A stretch of 64,000 bases of DNA from assembly GCA_019745275.1 (NCBI GenBank), contig JAIETJ010000030.1, positions 992 to 64,991 on the forward strand, in the 5' to 3' direction. The translations under genes were made by a program, and so were the position numbers. Below the pieces are notes generated by a model. The model saw only the letters and a list, made by a program, of their open reading frames with translations, had not been told where the DNA came from and made no database searches. The number at the start of each line of letters is the position of its first letter. Positions within the stretch are counted from its first letter, which is position 1. Shown piece after piece: positions 46,322 through 56,369 of the stretch. This stretch comes from Pseudomonadaceae bacterium (lineage in GTDB: Bacteria; Pseudomonadota; Gammaproteobacteria; Pseudomonadales; Pseudomonadaceae).

Positions 46322-48718
46322 TTAGGCCGGTTCTGCCTCGGTTTGAGTCACCGCGACTGCGCTGTTGTTCACCGCCAACATCTGCTGCACGCCCCAGAGC
46401 ACGCGCTCCGGGGTGGCAGGGGCGTCGATCGCCGGTTGCACACGGTAGTCGGCGATGCTCGCCACCGCGTCCTTGAGCGCACACCACGCGGCGATGCCGA
46501 GCATAAACGGCGGCTCGCCGACGGCTTTGGAGTGAAACACCGTGTCTTCCGGGTTCTTGCGGTTCTCCACCAGTTTGACCCGCATATCCATTGGCATATC
46601 TGCTACGGCCGGGATCTTGTAGCTGGCCGGACCGTTGGTCATCAGCTTACCCTTGGCGTTCCACACCAGCTCTTCCATAGTCAGCCAACCCATGCCCTGC
46701 ACGAAGGCACCCTCGACCTGACCGATGTCGATGTCCGGGTTCAGCGAGGCGCCCACGTCGTGGAGGATGTCGGCGCGTTGCATCTTGTATTCGCCGGTCA
46801 GGGTATCCACCAGCACTTCGACGCAGGCGGCGCCGTAGGCGAAGTAGTAAAACGGCCGGCCGCGTGCTTGGCTGCGGTCGTAGTGAATCTTCGGGGTGCG
46901 ATAGAAGCCGGTGCTGGACAGCGACACCTGACCGAAATAGGCCTGGCCGATCAGCGCCTCGAAGCTAACGAACTGGTCGCGCACGCGCACTTGGCCGTTG
47001 CGGAACTCAACATCGGCCTCGGTCACTTGGTAGTGACGGGCGGCAAATTCCACCAAACGTTGCTTGATGATCTCGGCGGCATTTTGCGCGGCCTTGCCAT
47101 TCAAGTCGGTGCCGCTGGAGGCTGCCGTCGGCGAGGTGTTGGGCACCTTGTCGGTGTTGGTGGCGGTGATCTGGATGCGGCTAATATCGACCTGGAACAC
47201 CTCGGCCACCACTTGCGCGACCTTGGTGTTCAGGCCTTGGCCCATCTCGGTGCCGCCGTGGTTGAGGTGAATGCTGCCGTCGGTGTAGATGTGGATCAGC
47301 GCGCCGGCCTGATTGAGGAAGGTCGCGGTAAAGCTGATGCCGAACTTCACCGGGGTTAGCGCCAGGCCTTTTTTCAGGTACGGGCTGCTGGCGTTGAAAG
47401 CGACGATCTCGGCGCGGCGTTTGCTGTATTCACTGCTGGCTTCTAAATCGGCAGTCATTTCTTCCAGCAGGTTGTCTTCCACCGTCTGGTAGTAGTGGGT
47501 AACGTTGCGCTCGGTCTTGCCGTAGTAGTTGGCCTTGCGCACGTCCAGCGGGTCTTTACCCAGTGAGCGAGCGATAGCGTCCATCACTTCTTCGATGGCG
47601 ACCATCCCTTGCGGGCCACCGAAGCCGCGGTAGGCGGTGTTGGAAGCGGTGTTGGTCTTGCAACGATGGCCGTTGATGGTGGCATCGCCCAAGTAATAGG
47701 CGTTGTCGGAGTGGAACATGGCGCGGTCGACGATAGAGCCGGACAGGTCCGGCGAGTAGCCGCAGTTGCCGGCCAGCTCCAGTTGGATGCCTTGCAGGCG
47801 ACCGTTGTCATCAAAGCCGACGTCGTACTGGACGAAGAACGGGTGGCGCTTGCCGGTCATCTGCATGTCTTCAACGCGCGGCAGGCGCATTTTGGTCGGT
47901 CGCCCGGTGAGGTGCGCGATCACCGCGCAGATACAGGCTGGGCCGGCCGCTTGGGTCTCTTTGCCGCCGAAACCGCCGCCCATGCGGCGCATGTCGATGA
48001 CGATCTTGTGCATGGCCACGCCAAGCACTTCGCTGACCAATTTCTGCACTTCAGTAGGGTTTTGCGTCGAACAATAAACGATCATGCCGCCGTCTTCGGT
48101 GGGCATTACCGAGGAGATTTGCGTCTCCAGATAAAAGTGCTCCTGACCGCCGATATGCAACTTGCCTTGCAGTCGATGGGTTGCCTTGCTCAGCGCCGTG
48201 GCCGAATCACCACGCTTGTGCTGATGGCTGTCGAGCACGAAGTGTTTCTTGGCCAGCGCCACTTCAACATCCAGCACCGGTTCTAAATCTTCGAACTCGA
48301 TGATCGCGGCCATCGCCGCTTTGCGGGCGGTTTCCAAGTCTTTGGCGGCCACGGCGAGAATCGGCTGGCCGACGTACTCGACCAAACCATCGGCCAGCAG
48401 TGGGTCGCCGGCAACGACTGCGCCGATGTCCAGTTGCCCGGGCACGTCTTTGCTGGTGATCACCAAGGTTACCCCGGCAATCGCGTAGCAGGGCGCGGTG
48501 TCGATGCTGAGGATGCGCGCGTGGGCGCGGTCGCTCATCCGGGCATACACGTGCAGTTGGTTAGGGAACTCCAAGCGGTCGTCAATGTAAGTGGCCGCGC
48601 CGCTGACATGTTTTTCCGCGCTGTCGTGCTTAACGCTGCGGCCGACCCCGGTGGTCAGGTCTTGGGCAAACAGGGCAGCCAGTTCGGCTTGGGTTTTTTC
48701 GACGTGATGATTAGACAT
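46322..48718 (-). CDS. xdhB: Xanthine dehydrogenase molybdopterin-binding subunit
   Basis: GGQEHFYLE, RMGGGFGGKE, YRGFGGPQG, SKAVGEPP. Confidence 0.97.
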   Translation of the reverse strand: MSNHHVEKTQAELAALFAQDLTTGVGRSVKHDSAEKHVSGAATYIDDRLEFPNQLHVYARMSDRAHARILSIDTAPCYAIAGVTLVITSKDVPGQLDIGAVVAGDPLLADGLVEYVGQPILAVAAKDLETARKAAMAAIIEFEDLEPVLDVEVALAKKHFVLDSHQHKRGDSATALSKATHRLQGKLHIGGQEHFYLETQISSVMPTEDGGMIVYCSTQNPTEVQKLVSEVLGVAMHKIVIDMRRMGGGFGGKETQAAGPACICAVIAHLTGRPTKMRLPRVEDMQMTGKRHPFFVQYDVGFDDNGRLQGIQLELAGNCGYSPDLSGSIVDRAMFHSDNAYYLGDATINGHRCKTNTASNTAYRGFGGPQGMVAIEEVMDAIARSLGKDPLDVRKANYYGKTERNVTHYYQTVEDNLLEEMTADLEASSEYSKRRAEIVAFNASSPYLKKGLALTPVKFGISFTATFLNQAGALIHIYTDGSIHLNHGGTEMGQGLNTKVAQVVAEVFQVDISRIQITATNTDKVPNTSPTAASSGTDLNGKAAQNAAEIIKQRLVEFAARHYQVTEADVEFRNGQVRVRDQFVSFEALIGQAYFGQVSLSSTGFYRTPKIHYDRSQARGRPFYYFAYGAACVEVLVDTLTGEYKMQRADILHDVGASLNPDIDIGQVEGAFVQGMGWLTMEELVWNAKGKLMTNGPASYKIPAVADMPMDMRVKLVENRKNPEDTVFHSKAVGEPPFMLGIAAWCALKDAVASIADYRVQPAIDAPATPERVLWGVQQMLAVNNSAVAVTQTEAEPA

Positions 48719-50177
48719 GTGCGGTCACCCGGGTGGCGAGGTCAGGGGTTTGCAATTCGACAAAGAACTTGCGCAGCAGGTTCTGCGCGATCAGTTGGCG
48801 ATATTCCTTGCTCGCGCGAAAATCCGACAGCGGGGTAAAGTCTTCGCTCAAGGCGGCGCAGGCACGCTCCACCGTCGCATGGTTCCAGGCGGCGCCAAGC
48901 AACGCCCGCTCGCAGGCGGCGGCGCGTTTTGGGGTGGCGGCCATGCCACCGAAAGCGACCCGGGCATCCGCCACCACACCGGCTTCGATACGCAGATTAA
49001 AGGCGGCGCACACAGCCGAGATATCGTCGTCTAAGCGCTTGGAGACCTTGTAGGCTTTGAAACTTTGTTGAGTATTGGCGCGTGGAATGATGATTTTTTC
49101 GATGAATTCGCTTTCCTGACGGGCCGTTACCCGGTAGTCGAGGAAGTAGTCTTCCAGCGCTAAAGTACGGCTGTTCTCGCCCTTGCGCAGGACGATCTGC
49201 GCGCCGAGGGCGATCAGCAGTGGCGGGGTGTCGCCAATCGGTGAAGCATTGCCGATGTTGCCGCCCAAGGTGCCTTGGTTGCGGATTTGCAACGAGGCGA
49301 AGCGCTGCAGCAACTCGCCAAAGTCCGGGTACTCAGCGGCCAAAGCTTGCGCGCAATCGGTCAGCGAGGTGGCCGCGCCAATCTCTAAACGGTCGGCAAA
49401 AGTCTCGATACGCTTGAGCGCGGCCACGTTGCCGACATAGATCATTACCGGCAGGGCGCGGTGAAACTGGGTGACTTCCAAAGCAAGGTCGGTGCCGCCA
49501 GCCAGCAGGCGAGCTTCTGGGTGCGAACTGTACAGGTCGGCTAGGTCGGCGATGGTCAGCGGCACTAGGCAGCGCTTGTCGCCGCTGTTCAGTTCGGCGG
49601 TTTGTTGCGGGGCGATGCTGTGCAATTGGGCGATGGTCGCGGCCTCGCGGGCATCGAACTGATCCGGTTGCGATTGGCAGCAGGACTGCTCGGCGGCGTC
49701 CAGAATCGGCCGGTAGCCGGTGCAGCGACACAGGTTGCCGGCCAGCGCTTCGTGGGTCTTGGCGTGACGACTAGAGGCGTCGTCTTGGCTGTCGCGGTTT
49801 TTTTGCAAGGCAAATAACGACATGACAAAACCCGGGGTGCAGAAACCGCACTGCGAGCCATGGCAGTCGACCATGGCCTGCTGCACGCTGTGCAGTTGGC
49901 CTTGGTGTTTGAGGTCTTCGACGCTGATCAGCTGTTTGCCATGCAAGGATGAAACAAAGGTCAGGCACGAGTTCAGGCTGCGATAGCGAATGCGCTCGCG
50001 ACCATTGTGGCTTTCCAATTCACCGACTACCACGGTGCAAGCGCCGCAGTCGCCCGAGGCGCAACCTTCTTTAGTGCCGGGCTTGCCAGCATGGTTGCGC
50101 AAGTACTCGAGCACCGTGATATTGGAATCAAGGCTCGACTCGCTGCGTAACTCTTGATTGAGTAAAAACTGAATCAC
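48711..50177 (-). CDS. xdhA: Xanthine dehydrogenase Fe-S/FAD subunit
   Basis: KEGCASGDCGAC, QCGFCTPG, NLCRCTGY, AGGTDL; GTG start after GGAGG. Confidence 0.97.
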   Translation of the reverse strand: MIQFLLNQELRSESSLDSNITVLEYLRNHAGKPGTKEGCASGDCGACTVVVGELESHNGRERIRYRSLNSCLTFVSSLHGKQLISVEDLKHQGQLHSVQQAMVDCHGSQCGFCTPGFVMSLFALQKNRDSQDDASSRHAKTHEALAGNLCRCTGYRPILDAAEQSCCQSQPDQFDAREAATIAQLHSIAPQQTAELNSGDKRCLVPLTIADLADLYSSHPEARLLAGGTDLALEVTQFHRALPVMIYVGNVAALKRIETFADRLEIGAATSLTDCAQALAAEYPDFGELLQRFASLQIRNQGTLGGNIGNASPIGDTPPLLIALGAQIVLRKGENSRTLALEDYFLDYRVTARQESEFIEKIIIPRANTQQSFKAYKVSKRLDDDISAVCAAFNLRIEAGVVADARVAFGGMAATPKRAAACERALLGAAWNHATVERACAALSEDFTPLSDFRASKEYRQLIAQNLLRKFFVELQTPDLATRVTAHV

Positions 50178-50234
50178 AAATGACCTCCGAACACTTTTAT
50201 TGTTTTGTCGCATTGTCGTGGGTCAAATTTAGGG

Positions 50235-50278
50235 TTTATTGACTTCTCGGTCAATAAATAAACTGACCTATAAGTCAT
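50235..50278. promoter_or_regulatory. Two RutR-type operators at the xdhA promoter
   Basis: TTTATTGACTTCTCGGTCAATAAA and CTGACCTATAAGTCAT. Confidence 0.7.
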
Positions 50279-50436
50279 TTTCTTTAATGCTAAAAGTACT
50301 AAAGGTTACATTCGTGCTTAGGTGTTGCTTGCACACGGCTAAATTATGGGCGCAGAAACGCTATCGCGTGGCTTAACCCAGGCGTTACTGGCGGATGCAA
50401 GGCGGGTTGAGGTTGGCGATGACACTGGCGAGCTGT

Positions 50437-50461
50437 AACACGCCCCGTTGCGGGGCGTGTT
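50437..50461. terminator. Hairpin after plsB
   Basis: aacacgcccc/ggggcgtgtt. Confidence 0.55.
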
Positions 50462-50477
50462 ACAGCAGCTTGGCGGC

Positions 50478-52961
50478 TTACAACTCGCTGGCTTCGTCGT
50501 TGTGGTCGAGGGCCACTTGGCGGATCGACAGGCGAATTTCGGCCGGCAGTACCCGTTTGGCGGCGCCTTCGGCCAGATCGCCGAGCAGTTCGTGGTGGCT
50601 GAGTTTGCCGGCTTCGTCTTGGCGCAGTACGCCTTCATCCAAGAGGGTCTGGATAAAGTGGCGGAACAGGCTCTTGTCGAAGAACTCCGGGGCATTTAGG
50701 CCATGCAGAATCGACAGGCGCTGGGCCATGACGGTGCAGAGGTCTTCCAGCTCTTCGGCGCTCAAGGCGTTTTGCCCGGCGTTTAGCACCAAGGCAATAG
50801 CCATGTAGAAGCGCTGCAGGGTCTGGGCGATGGTCCGCGATAGCAGGGTCAGCAGCACGAACTGCCGCGAACTTGGCGCGGGACGCAGGAACACGCCGTC
50901 TTCGAAGCGCAGCAGGCCTTGTGCGACAAAGGCCGCCAGCCATTGGTCGATCACCGCATCTAACTCATCCAAACTCCAGCGAATAAACAATTCCGACTGC
51001 AGGTATGGATAGAGCGCGCGGCTGAAGCGCAAAATCTGCTCGCGGCTGATCCGTGCGCTGCTCTGGAAGAAGCTCGCCAGCAACGCCGGTAGAGCAAAAA
51101 TGTGCAGCACGTTGTTGCGGTAGTAAGTCATCAGGACGGCGTTGTTTTCGTCCAGATAGTAGATTTTACCCAGCGGGTCTTTCTGGCTGGCCAGCAGGTC
51201 CATGCTTTGCACGTAGTCGATCAGTGCTTGGCCATCGCCATCCGGTAGGCTGGTGTGCGGCGAGTAGGGCACGCTGCGCAGCAAGGCTAGATAAAGGTCG
51301 AGGACCCGCGCTAGGGCTTTTTCATCCAGCGCCAGTTTGCTGGTGGACAGCAAGGCCAGCGCCACCAAGTTGACCGGGTTAACCGCCGCCGCTTCGTTCA
51401 GATGGCGGGCGATGCGCTCGGCCAGATGATTGGCGGTGTCGTTTAGCCACGTCGGTCGGTACTGTGGCGCTAACTGCTGGCCGCGCCAGTCCGGTTGTTC
51501 GCTGTCGAGAAACTCGGCCAGTTTCAATGGCTCGCCGAAGTTGACCCAGACGCTACCGAAACGTTGTTTACGGATGGCGTTGATGACCTTGAAGAGGTCG
51601 AAAATCGACTCTTTCTTCTTGCTCGCGCCGCGCAGTTCGCCCAGATAGGTGCGACCTTCCAGCACCCGCTCGTAGCCGATATACACCGGTACGAAGACGA
51701 TCGGCAAACGGTTGGAGCGCAAGAAGCTGCGCAGGGTAATCGCCAGCATGCCGGTTTTTGGCTGCAACATGCGGCCGGTGCGCGAGCGACCGCCTTCGAC
51801 GAAGTATTCCACCGGGAAACCACGGGTGAACAACGTGTGCAGGTATTCGTTGAATACCGAGGTGTACAGCGGGTTGCCTTTGAAGGTACGGCGCATAAAA
51901 AACGCCCCGGCACGCCGCAGCAGGCTGCCAATCAGGGGCATGTTGAGGTTGATGCCGGCGGCGATATGCGGCGGTGTTAAGCCGTTTTTGAACAGCAGAT
52001 AAGACAGCAGCAGGTAGTCGATATGGCTGCGGTGGCAGGGCACATAGATCACCTCATGGCCGTGGGCGATTTCTTGCACGCCCTCGATATGGTTGACCTT
52101 GATGCCGTCGTAAATTTTGTTCCAGAACCAGCTAAGCACCACTTCAAGGAAGCGAATGGCGCTGTAGGCGTAGTCCGAGGCGATCTCGTTGCCATAGCGC
52201 AGCGCCTGCGCCTCAACTTTTTCGACTGAGGTTTTGCTGCGCTCGGCTTCATCGAGAATCGCCTGATGCACCAGCGGGCCGTGGATCAAACCCTTAACCA
52301 GATTGCGTCGATGGGAAATGTCCGGGCCAATAACCGCGGATTTTTGATTGCGAAAGTGCACCCGTAGCAGGCGATGGACCATCCGCTGGGTGCGCTCAGG
52401 GCCTTTGTCTTGGGCGATCAATTCGCGCAACTGGATCGGTGTAGAAAACTGCACGCGGGTCTTGCGGCCGAGAATCAAGATGCGCAAAAACTTACGCAGC
52501 CGTCCGGTTACCGCCCAGCTATCGGCAAACAACAGCTTCCACGGGCTCGATTCACTTTCCGGCGACTGCCCCCAAAATACGCTGACCGGGACAATTTGCG
52601 CGTCTAGTACGGCCTCGGCAGTCAGGGTGTTGAGCAAGCGCACCAAAGTTGGCGAGACGCCGCGCTTGTCTTGCCCGCCTAACCAGCCGGCTTCTGGAGT
52701 TAGGTAAAAAAAACCACTCGGCTCATCCAGCTTACCGAGGCTGACTGGCAGGATTGGCCGTGGCAAGCCGGCTTTACGGCACTCGCTGTCGACCACTGCC
52801 AAGTCACTGATGGACGGCAATTGCAGCACGTAAAACACCGGCTTACTGGTGTCGAGCTTAAGGGTGAAGGCCGACTGATTGATGGTTTCCGAGCGCACCC
52901 AGAGGTACAGCAGACGGTGCAGTGCGCCAAATATCAGACGGCGAAGCGGTGAGCGAGTCAT
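50478..52961 (-). CDS. plsB: Glycerol-3-phosphate 1-O-acyltransferase
   Basis: CHRSHIDY (HxxxxD), [17 protein letters not shown]. Confidence 0.97.
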   Translation of the reverse strand: MTRSPLRRLIFGALHRLLYLWVRSETINQSAFTLKLDTSKPVFYVLQLPSISDLAVVDSECRKAGLPRPILPVSLGKLDEPSGFFYLTPEAGWLGGQDKRGVSPTLVRLLNTLTAEAVLDAQIVPVSVFWGQSPESESSPWKLLFADSWAVTGRLRKFLRILILGRKTRVQFSTPIQLRELIAQDKGPERTQRMVHRLLRVHFRNQKSAVIGPDISHRRNLVKGLIHGPLVHQAILDEAERSKTSVEKVEAQALRYGNEIASDYAYSAIRFLEVVLSWFWNKIYDGIKVNHIEGVQEIAHGHEVIYVPCHRSHIDYLLLSYLLFKNGLTPPHIAAGINLNMPLIGSLLRRAGAFFMRRTFKGNPLYTSVFNEYLHTLFTRGFPVEYFVEGGRSRTGRMLQPKTGMLAITLRSFLRSNRLPIVFVPVYIGYERVLEGRTYLGELRGASKKKESIFDLFKVINAIRKQRFGSVWVNFGEPLKLAEFLDSEQPDWRGQQLAPQYRPTWLNDTANHLAERIARHLNEAAAVNPVNLVALALLSTSKLALDEKALARVLDLYLALLRSVPYSPHTSLPDGDGQALIDYVQSMDLLASQKDPLGKIYYLDENNAVLMTYYRNNVLHIFALPALLASFFQSSARISREQILRFSRALYPYLQSELFIRWSLDELDAVIDQWLAAFVAQGLLRFEDGVFLRPAPSSRQFVLLTLLSRTIAQTLQRFYMAIALVLNAGQNALSAEELEDLCTVMAQRLSILHGLNAPEFFDKSLFRHFIQTLLDEGVLRQDEAGKLSHHELLGDLAEGAAKRVLPAEIRLSIRQVALDHNDEASEL

Positions 52962-53119
52962 ACGAGATCTGCTAATAGTCGAGGAAACGAGCTTTGGCTC
53001 GCAAGGGCGCCAGTTTGACCTATACACCGGCTGCGGGCAAAACTCATCGAGTCGTGGGTTGCCTTGCCTGCGGTCAAGAAGGGCGGTTGGTAAGCGTAAT
53101 AACTTAGCGGCAAAAACGC

Positions 53120-53662
53120 CTATAAGTCGGTTTGATTGGGGATTAACGCCAGTAAGTCGGTTACTCCGACTGTCACCCCAGCCTGTGACAATAAGGTTGT
53201 GACTTGGCCGCGGTGGTGGGTTTGATGGTTGAAAAAATGCATCAGCAAGCTAGAAAATGGTTTGTTAGCCGCCACGCCTTGGCTGTTGGTGTAGCTAAGC
53301 GCTTTATCCAATTCGGGCTCGGTCAGCGTCGCGGCCCAGGTACAAATTAGCGCGTCGAGCCATTGGCGATGTTCAGTCAGGCTTTTAAAGTCGCTAAACA
53401 GCTGTTGGTCGAGGCTAGTCGGTTTGGCTAGGCCGCGAATCGGCGCAAGGGCTGGATAGTTGGCCGGATGCTCGGCAAAGCGCTGCAGCCAAAGCGTGTC
53501 GCCCACCACCAGATGATTGTGAGTGCCGAGAATCGAACCGAAAAACGCCTGCCGATTGGCCGCTAGTCCGCTCTCTGGTAACTCACTGGCGGCCGCATAC
53601 AGCTTGGCGTTCAGCCACTGGTTATAGCTGGCCATTAGGCCAATGTGCGCGATCCGCCCCAC
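53120..53662 (-). CDS. DinB family protein
   Basis: [30 protein letters not shown]; GTG after AAGGAG. Confidence 0.9.
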   Translation of the reverse strand: MGRIAHIGLMASYNQWLNAKLYAAASELPESGLAANRQAFFGSILGTHNHLVVGDTLWLQRFAEHPANYPALAPIRGLAKPTSLDQQLFSDFKSLTEHRQWLDALICTWAATLTEPELDKALSYTNSQGVAANKPFSSLLMHFFNHQTHHRGQVTTLLSQAGVTVGVTDLLALIPNQTDL

Positions 53663-53679
53663 GTTGCTACTCCTTAGCG

Positions 53680-54051
53680 TCAGGCGGTGTGCCAGGTAAT
53701 CTCTTCCACGCCATCGACACTGATACGCATCCAGCGGTCGGCTTGTTCTTCGCTTTCTTCTTCTTGCCAGCTGCCGGGGGCGCAACGAATTTCTACCTTG
53801 AGGGCGGCAAAGGCGGCTTGGGCACATTCGAGGTCGTCGGCCCACGGCGTGGCGTTGCTGTTAAGCAGCAGGCTGTGCCATTTGCCTACGGCTTTGGGTA
53901 GCCAGGTGACGCCGATGTTGGCGGTTTTGCACTGGTAGGTTTGGCCTTTTTTCTGCCACTCGCTGCACGGGCCAATGGCCTCGGTGAGCCAAGCAGCGAT
54001 GGCTTGGTGCTCGGCGTCTTTCAGGTAAATTTCGATATCAGGTTGGCGCAT
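53680..54051 (-). CDS. Conserved hypothetical protein
   Basis: MRQPDIEIYLKD...TPWADDLECA, recalled as the Pseudomonas gene downstream of rlmA. Confidence 0.8.
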   Translation of the reverse strand: MRQPDIEIYLKDAEHQAIAAWLTEAIGPCSEWQKKGQTYQCKTANIGVTWLPKAVGKWHSLLLNSNATPWADDLECAQAAFAALKVEIRCAPGSWQEEESEEQADRWMRISVDGVEEITWHTA

Positions 54052-54087
54052 GGTGGGTCTCACTGGCAATTTAGGTATCGATAGAAA

Positions 54088-54891
54088 TTAGCTGCGTTGC
54101 AACCAATCGTAGCGGATCGAGACAGTTACTTCTAAGTCTTGGGCGATCACCGCTTGGCGTTTTTCCACACTGGCGCGCCAGCCGTGCGGGGTCATGGACA
54201 GTAGATCGGTGCGGGCTTGGGCGGTTTGCAGCTTGAGTTTAAAGCTCAGGGTCTCGCTGTGGGCCAAGTGCATGCCGTCTGGCACTAGGGTTAGGTGCTT
54301 CTGGTCGTCGTATTCACGCACTTCGTCATACAGTTGCTGACGCAGCTCATACAGGTGCTCGCGGGTCGGGCCCATGCGCAGCAAACCGCCACCGGGAGCC
54401 AGCAGGCGCTTGGCTTCTTGCCAATCGAGTGGGCTGAATACGCTGAGTAGCAGCTGGCAACTGGCATCCGCCAACGGCACGCGGGCCATGCTGGCGACTA
54501 ACCAGTGCAGCTGTTTGCTCCGCCGACAGGCTTGTTTGACCGCTTCGCGGGAGATGTCCAGCGCGTAGCCATCGGCATTCGGTAGTGCGGCGGCGATCTG
54601 CTCGGTGTAGTAACCCTCACCGCAACCAATATCCAGCCAGCGTTCTGGGGCATAGCTGGCCGCCAATTCGGCCAGACGCTTGGCCAGTGGCGCGTAGTGG
54701 CCGCCGTCGAGGAAGCGTCGGCGGGCTTCGACCATGGCGGCGTTGTCGCCGGGTTCGCGGCTGTTTTTGTGCTGCACCGGCAACAGGTTCAAATAGCCTT
54801 GGCGGGCGCGGTCGAAGCTGTGCTTGGCCGGGCAGGCCACGCCATTCGCGACGGCCGTGAGGGGCGCTGAGCAAATCGGGCAGATCAGCAT
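54088..54891 (-). CDS. rlmA: RlmA-like rRNA m1G methyltransferase
   Basis: CPIC..C..HSFD zinc finger, LDIGCGEGYY SAM motif. Confidence 0.85.
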   Translation of the reverse strand: MLICPICSAPLTAVANGVACPAKHSFDRARQGYLNLLPVQHKNSREPGDNAAMVEARRRFLDGGHYAPLAKRLAELAASYAPERWLDIGCGEGYYTEQIAAALPNADGYALDISREAVKQACRRSKQLHWLVASMARVPLADASCQLLLSVFSPLDWQEAKRLLAPGGGLLRMGPTREHLYELRQQLYDEVREYDDQKHLTLVPDGMHLAHSETLSFKLKLQTAQARTDLLSMTPHGWRASVEKRQAVIAQDLEVTVSIRYDWLQRS

Positions 54892-54893
54892 GA

Positions 54894-55110
54894 AAAAAAT
54901 CCATGAATAGGTCGTAGCGAGCACGCCGAGAGCAAGGCGGACGGAACGCAGCGACGAGACATATCTGGTCGATAGGTGAGGAGCGAGTACCGCCCACAGA
55001 TTCGCCGGGAGCGAATCTGGACAGCTTCAAGCTGGCCCGCAGGGTGTTCGCCAGGGATGGCGAACACAGCGCAGCTATCGGTGTGCGCAGTAGACATAGT
55101 CATGATTTTT
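54894..55110. repeat. Palindromic intergenic repeat (copy 3) with nested 72-bp multi-hairpin insert
   Basis: Imperfect terminal IR aaaatccatgaataggtc../..gacatagtcatgatttt; caaggcg core; insert at 54996-55067. Confidence 0.65.
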
Positions 55111-56276
55111 CAGGCGAGCAACTTGACCAGCGTTTGGTAATAAATTTCGGTCAGCACGTCGAGGTCGCTGGCCAGCACCCGCTCATTGACTTGGTGGATG
55201 GTGGCGTTGACTGGCCCCAGCTCGACCACCTGAGTGCCCATGGTGGCGATAAAGCGCCCGTCGGAGGTGCCGCCGCTGGTCGAGGCGATGGTGTCGCGGC
55301 CGGTGACCTGTTTAATACTGCTGGATACCGCATCCAGCAATGCGCCCGGTTCGGTCAGAAACGGCATGCCGGACAAGGCCCAGTCGATATGCCAGTCCAG
55401 TTGATGCTTATCGAGGATGGCAGCGACCCGTTGCTGCAAGCCTTCGACGGTGGACTCGGTGGAGAAACGGAAGTTGAAGATGGCCTTAAGTTCGCCGGGA
55501 ATTACGTTGGTGGCACCGGTGCCGGCGTTCAAATTAGAAATCTGGAAACTGGTCGGCGGGAAGAAGGCGTTGCCGGCATCCCAGTGTTCTGCGGCCAGTT
55601 CAGTCAGCGCCGGGGTGGCCAAATGGATCGGGTTCTTGGCCAATTGCGGATAGGCCACGTGGCCTTGTAGGCCACGCACCGTCAAGGTCGCGCCGAGCGA
55701 GCCGCGCCGGCCATTTTTGACCATGTCGCCGATCAGTGTGGTGCTCGATGGCTCGCCGACGATGCACCAGTCCAGCCGTTGCTGTCGTTCTTTTAGGCGC
55801 TCAACCACGGCTTTGGTGCCGTGATGGGCCGGGCCTTCTTCGTCGCTGGTGATCAAAAAGGCGATGGCGCCCTTGTGGTTTGGGTACTCAGCAATAAAGC
55901 GCTCAACGGCGATAATCATCGACGCCAAGCTGCCCTTCATGTCTGCCGCGCCACGCCCGCAAAGCATGCCGTGATCGTCAATGCGTACGTCAAACGGCTG
56001 ATACTGCCAAGCCTCAAGTGGGCCGGTGGGCACTACGTCGGTGTGACCGGCAAAACACAGTACCGGACCATGTTTTTCTGCAGAGTCGTTGCCATGCAGT
56101 GCCCAAAAATTGTCGACATCCTCAATGCGCATGCGCTCCACGGCGAAGCCAAGCGCTTCCAGCCGGGCAATCATCAGCGCTTGGCAGTCGGCATCCAGCG
56201 GAGTGACCGAGGGACGGCTGATTAGGTCGCACGCTAAAGCTAGGGTTGGCGAAAGTGTTGAGGATTGGGCAGTCAT
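55110..56276 (-). CDS. dapE: Succinyl-diaminopimelate desuccinylase
   Basis: [30 protein letters not shown]. Confidence 0.97.
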   Translation of the reverse strand: MTAQSSTLSPTLALACDLISRPSVTPLDADCQALMIARLEALGFAVERMRIEDVDNFWALHGNDSAEKHGPVLCFAGHTDVVPTGPLEAWQYQPFDVRIDDHGMLCGRGAADMKGSLASMIIAVERFIAEYPNHKGAIAFLITSDEEGPAHHGTKAVVERLKERQQRLDWCIVGEPSSTTLIGDMVKNGRRGSLGATLTVRGLQGHVAYPQLAKNPIHLATPALTELAAEHWDAGNAFFPPTSFQISNLNAGTGATNVIPGELKAIFNFRFSTESTVEGLQQRVAAILDKHQLDWHIDWALSGMPFLTEPGALLDAVSSSIKQVTGRDTIASTSGGTSDGRFIATMGTQVVELGPVNATIHQVNERVLASDLDVLTEIYYQTLVKLLA

Positions 56277-56321
56277 GATGGCTCCGCTGCGGGTGTGGCA
56301 AAAAGGCCGCCATCTTAAAGC

Positions 56322-56348
56322 AAAACGGCAGCCTATTGGCTGCCGTTT
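56322..56348. terminator. Terminator hairpin after ndvB
   Basis: aaacggcagcc/ggctgccgttt. Confidence 0.75.
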
Positions 56349-56369
56349 CGATACTGCGGGCTACTGCTG

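Noticed and set aside
46343-47359. 338-aa plus-strand ORF, and similar long ORFs at 56607-57638, 29128-29988, 8057-8821 and 7310-7963
   Set aside because: Antisense shadows of GC-rich genes (xdhB, ndvB, BMP, hyi, glxR) with no recognisable motifs
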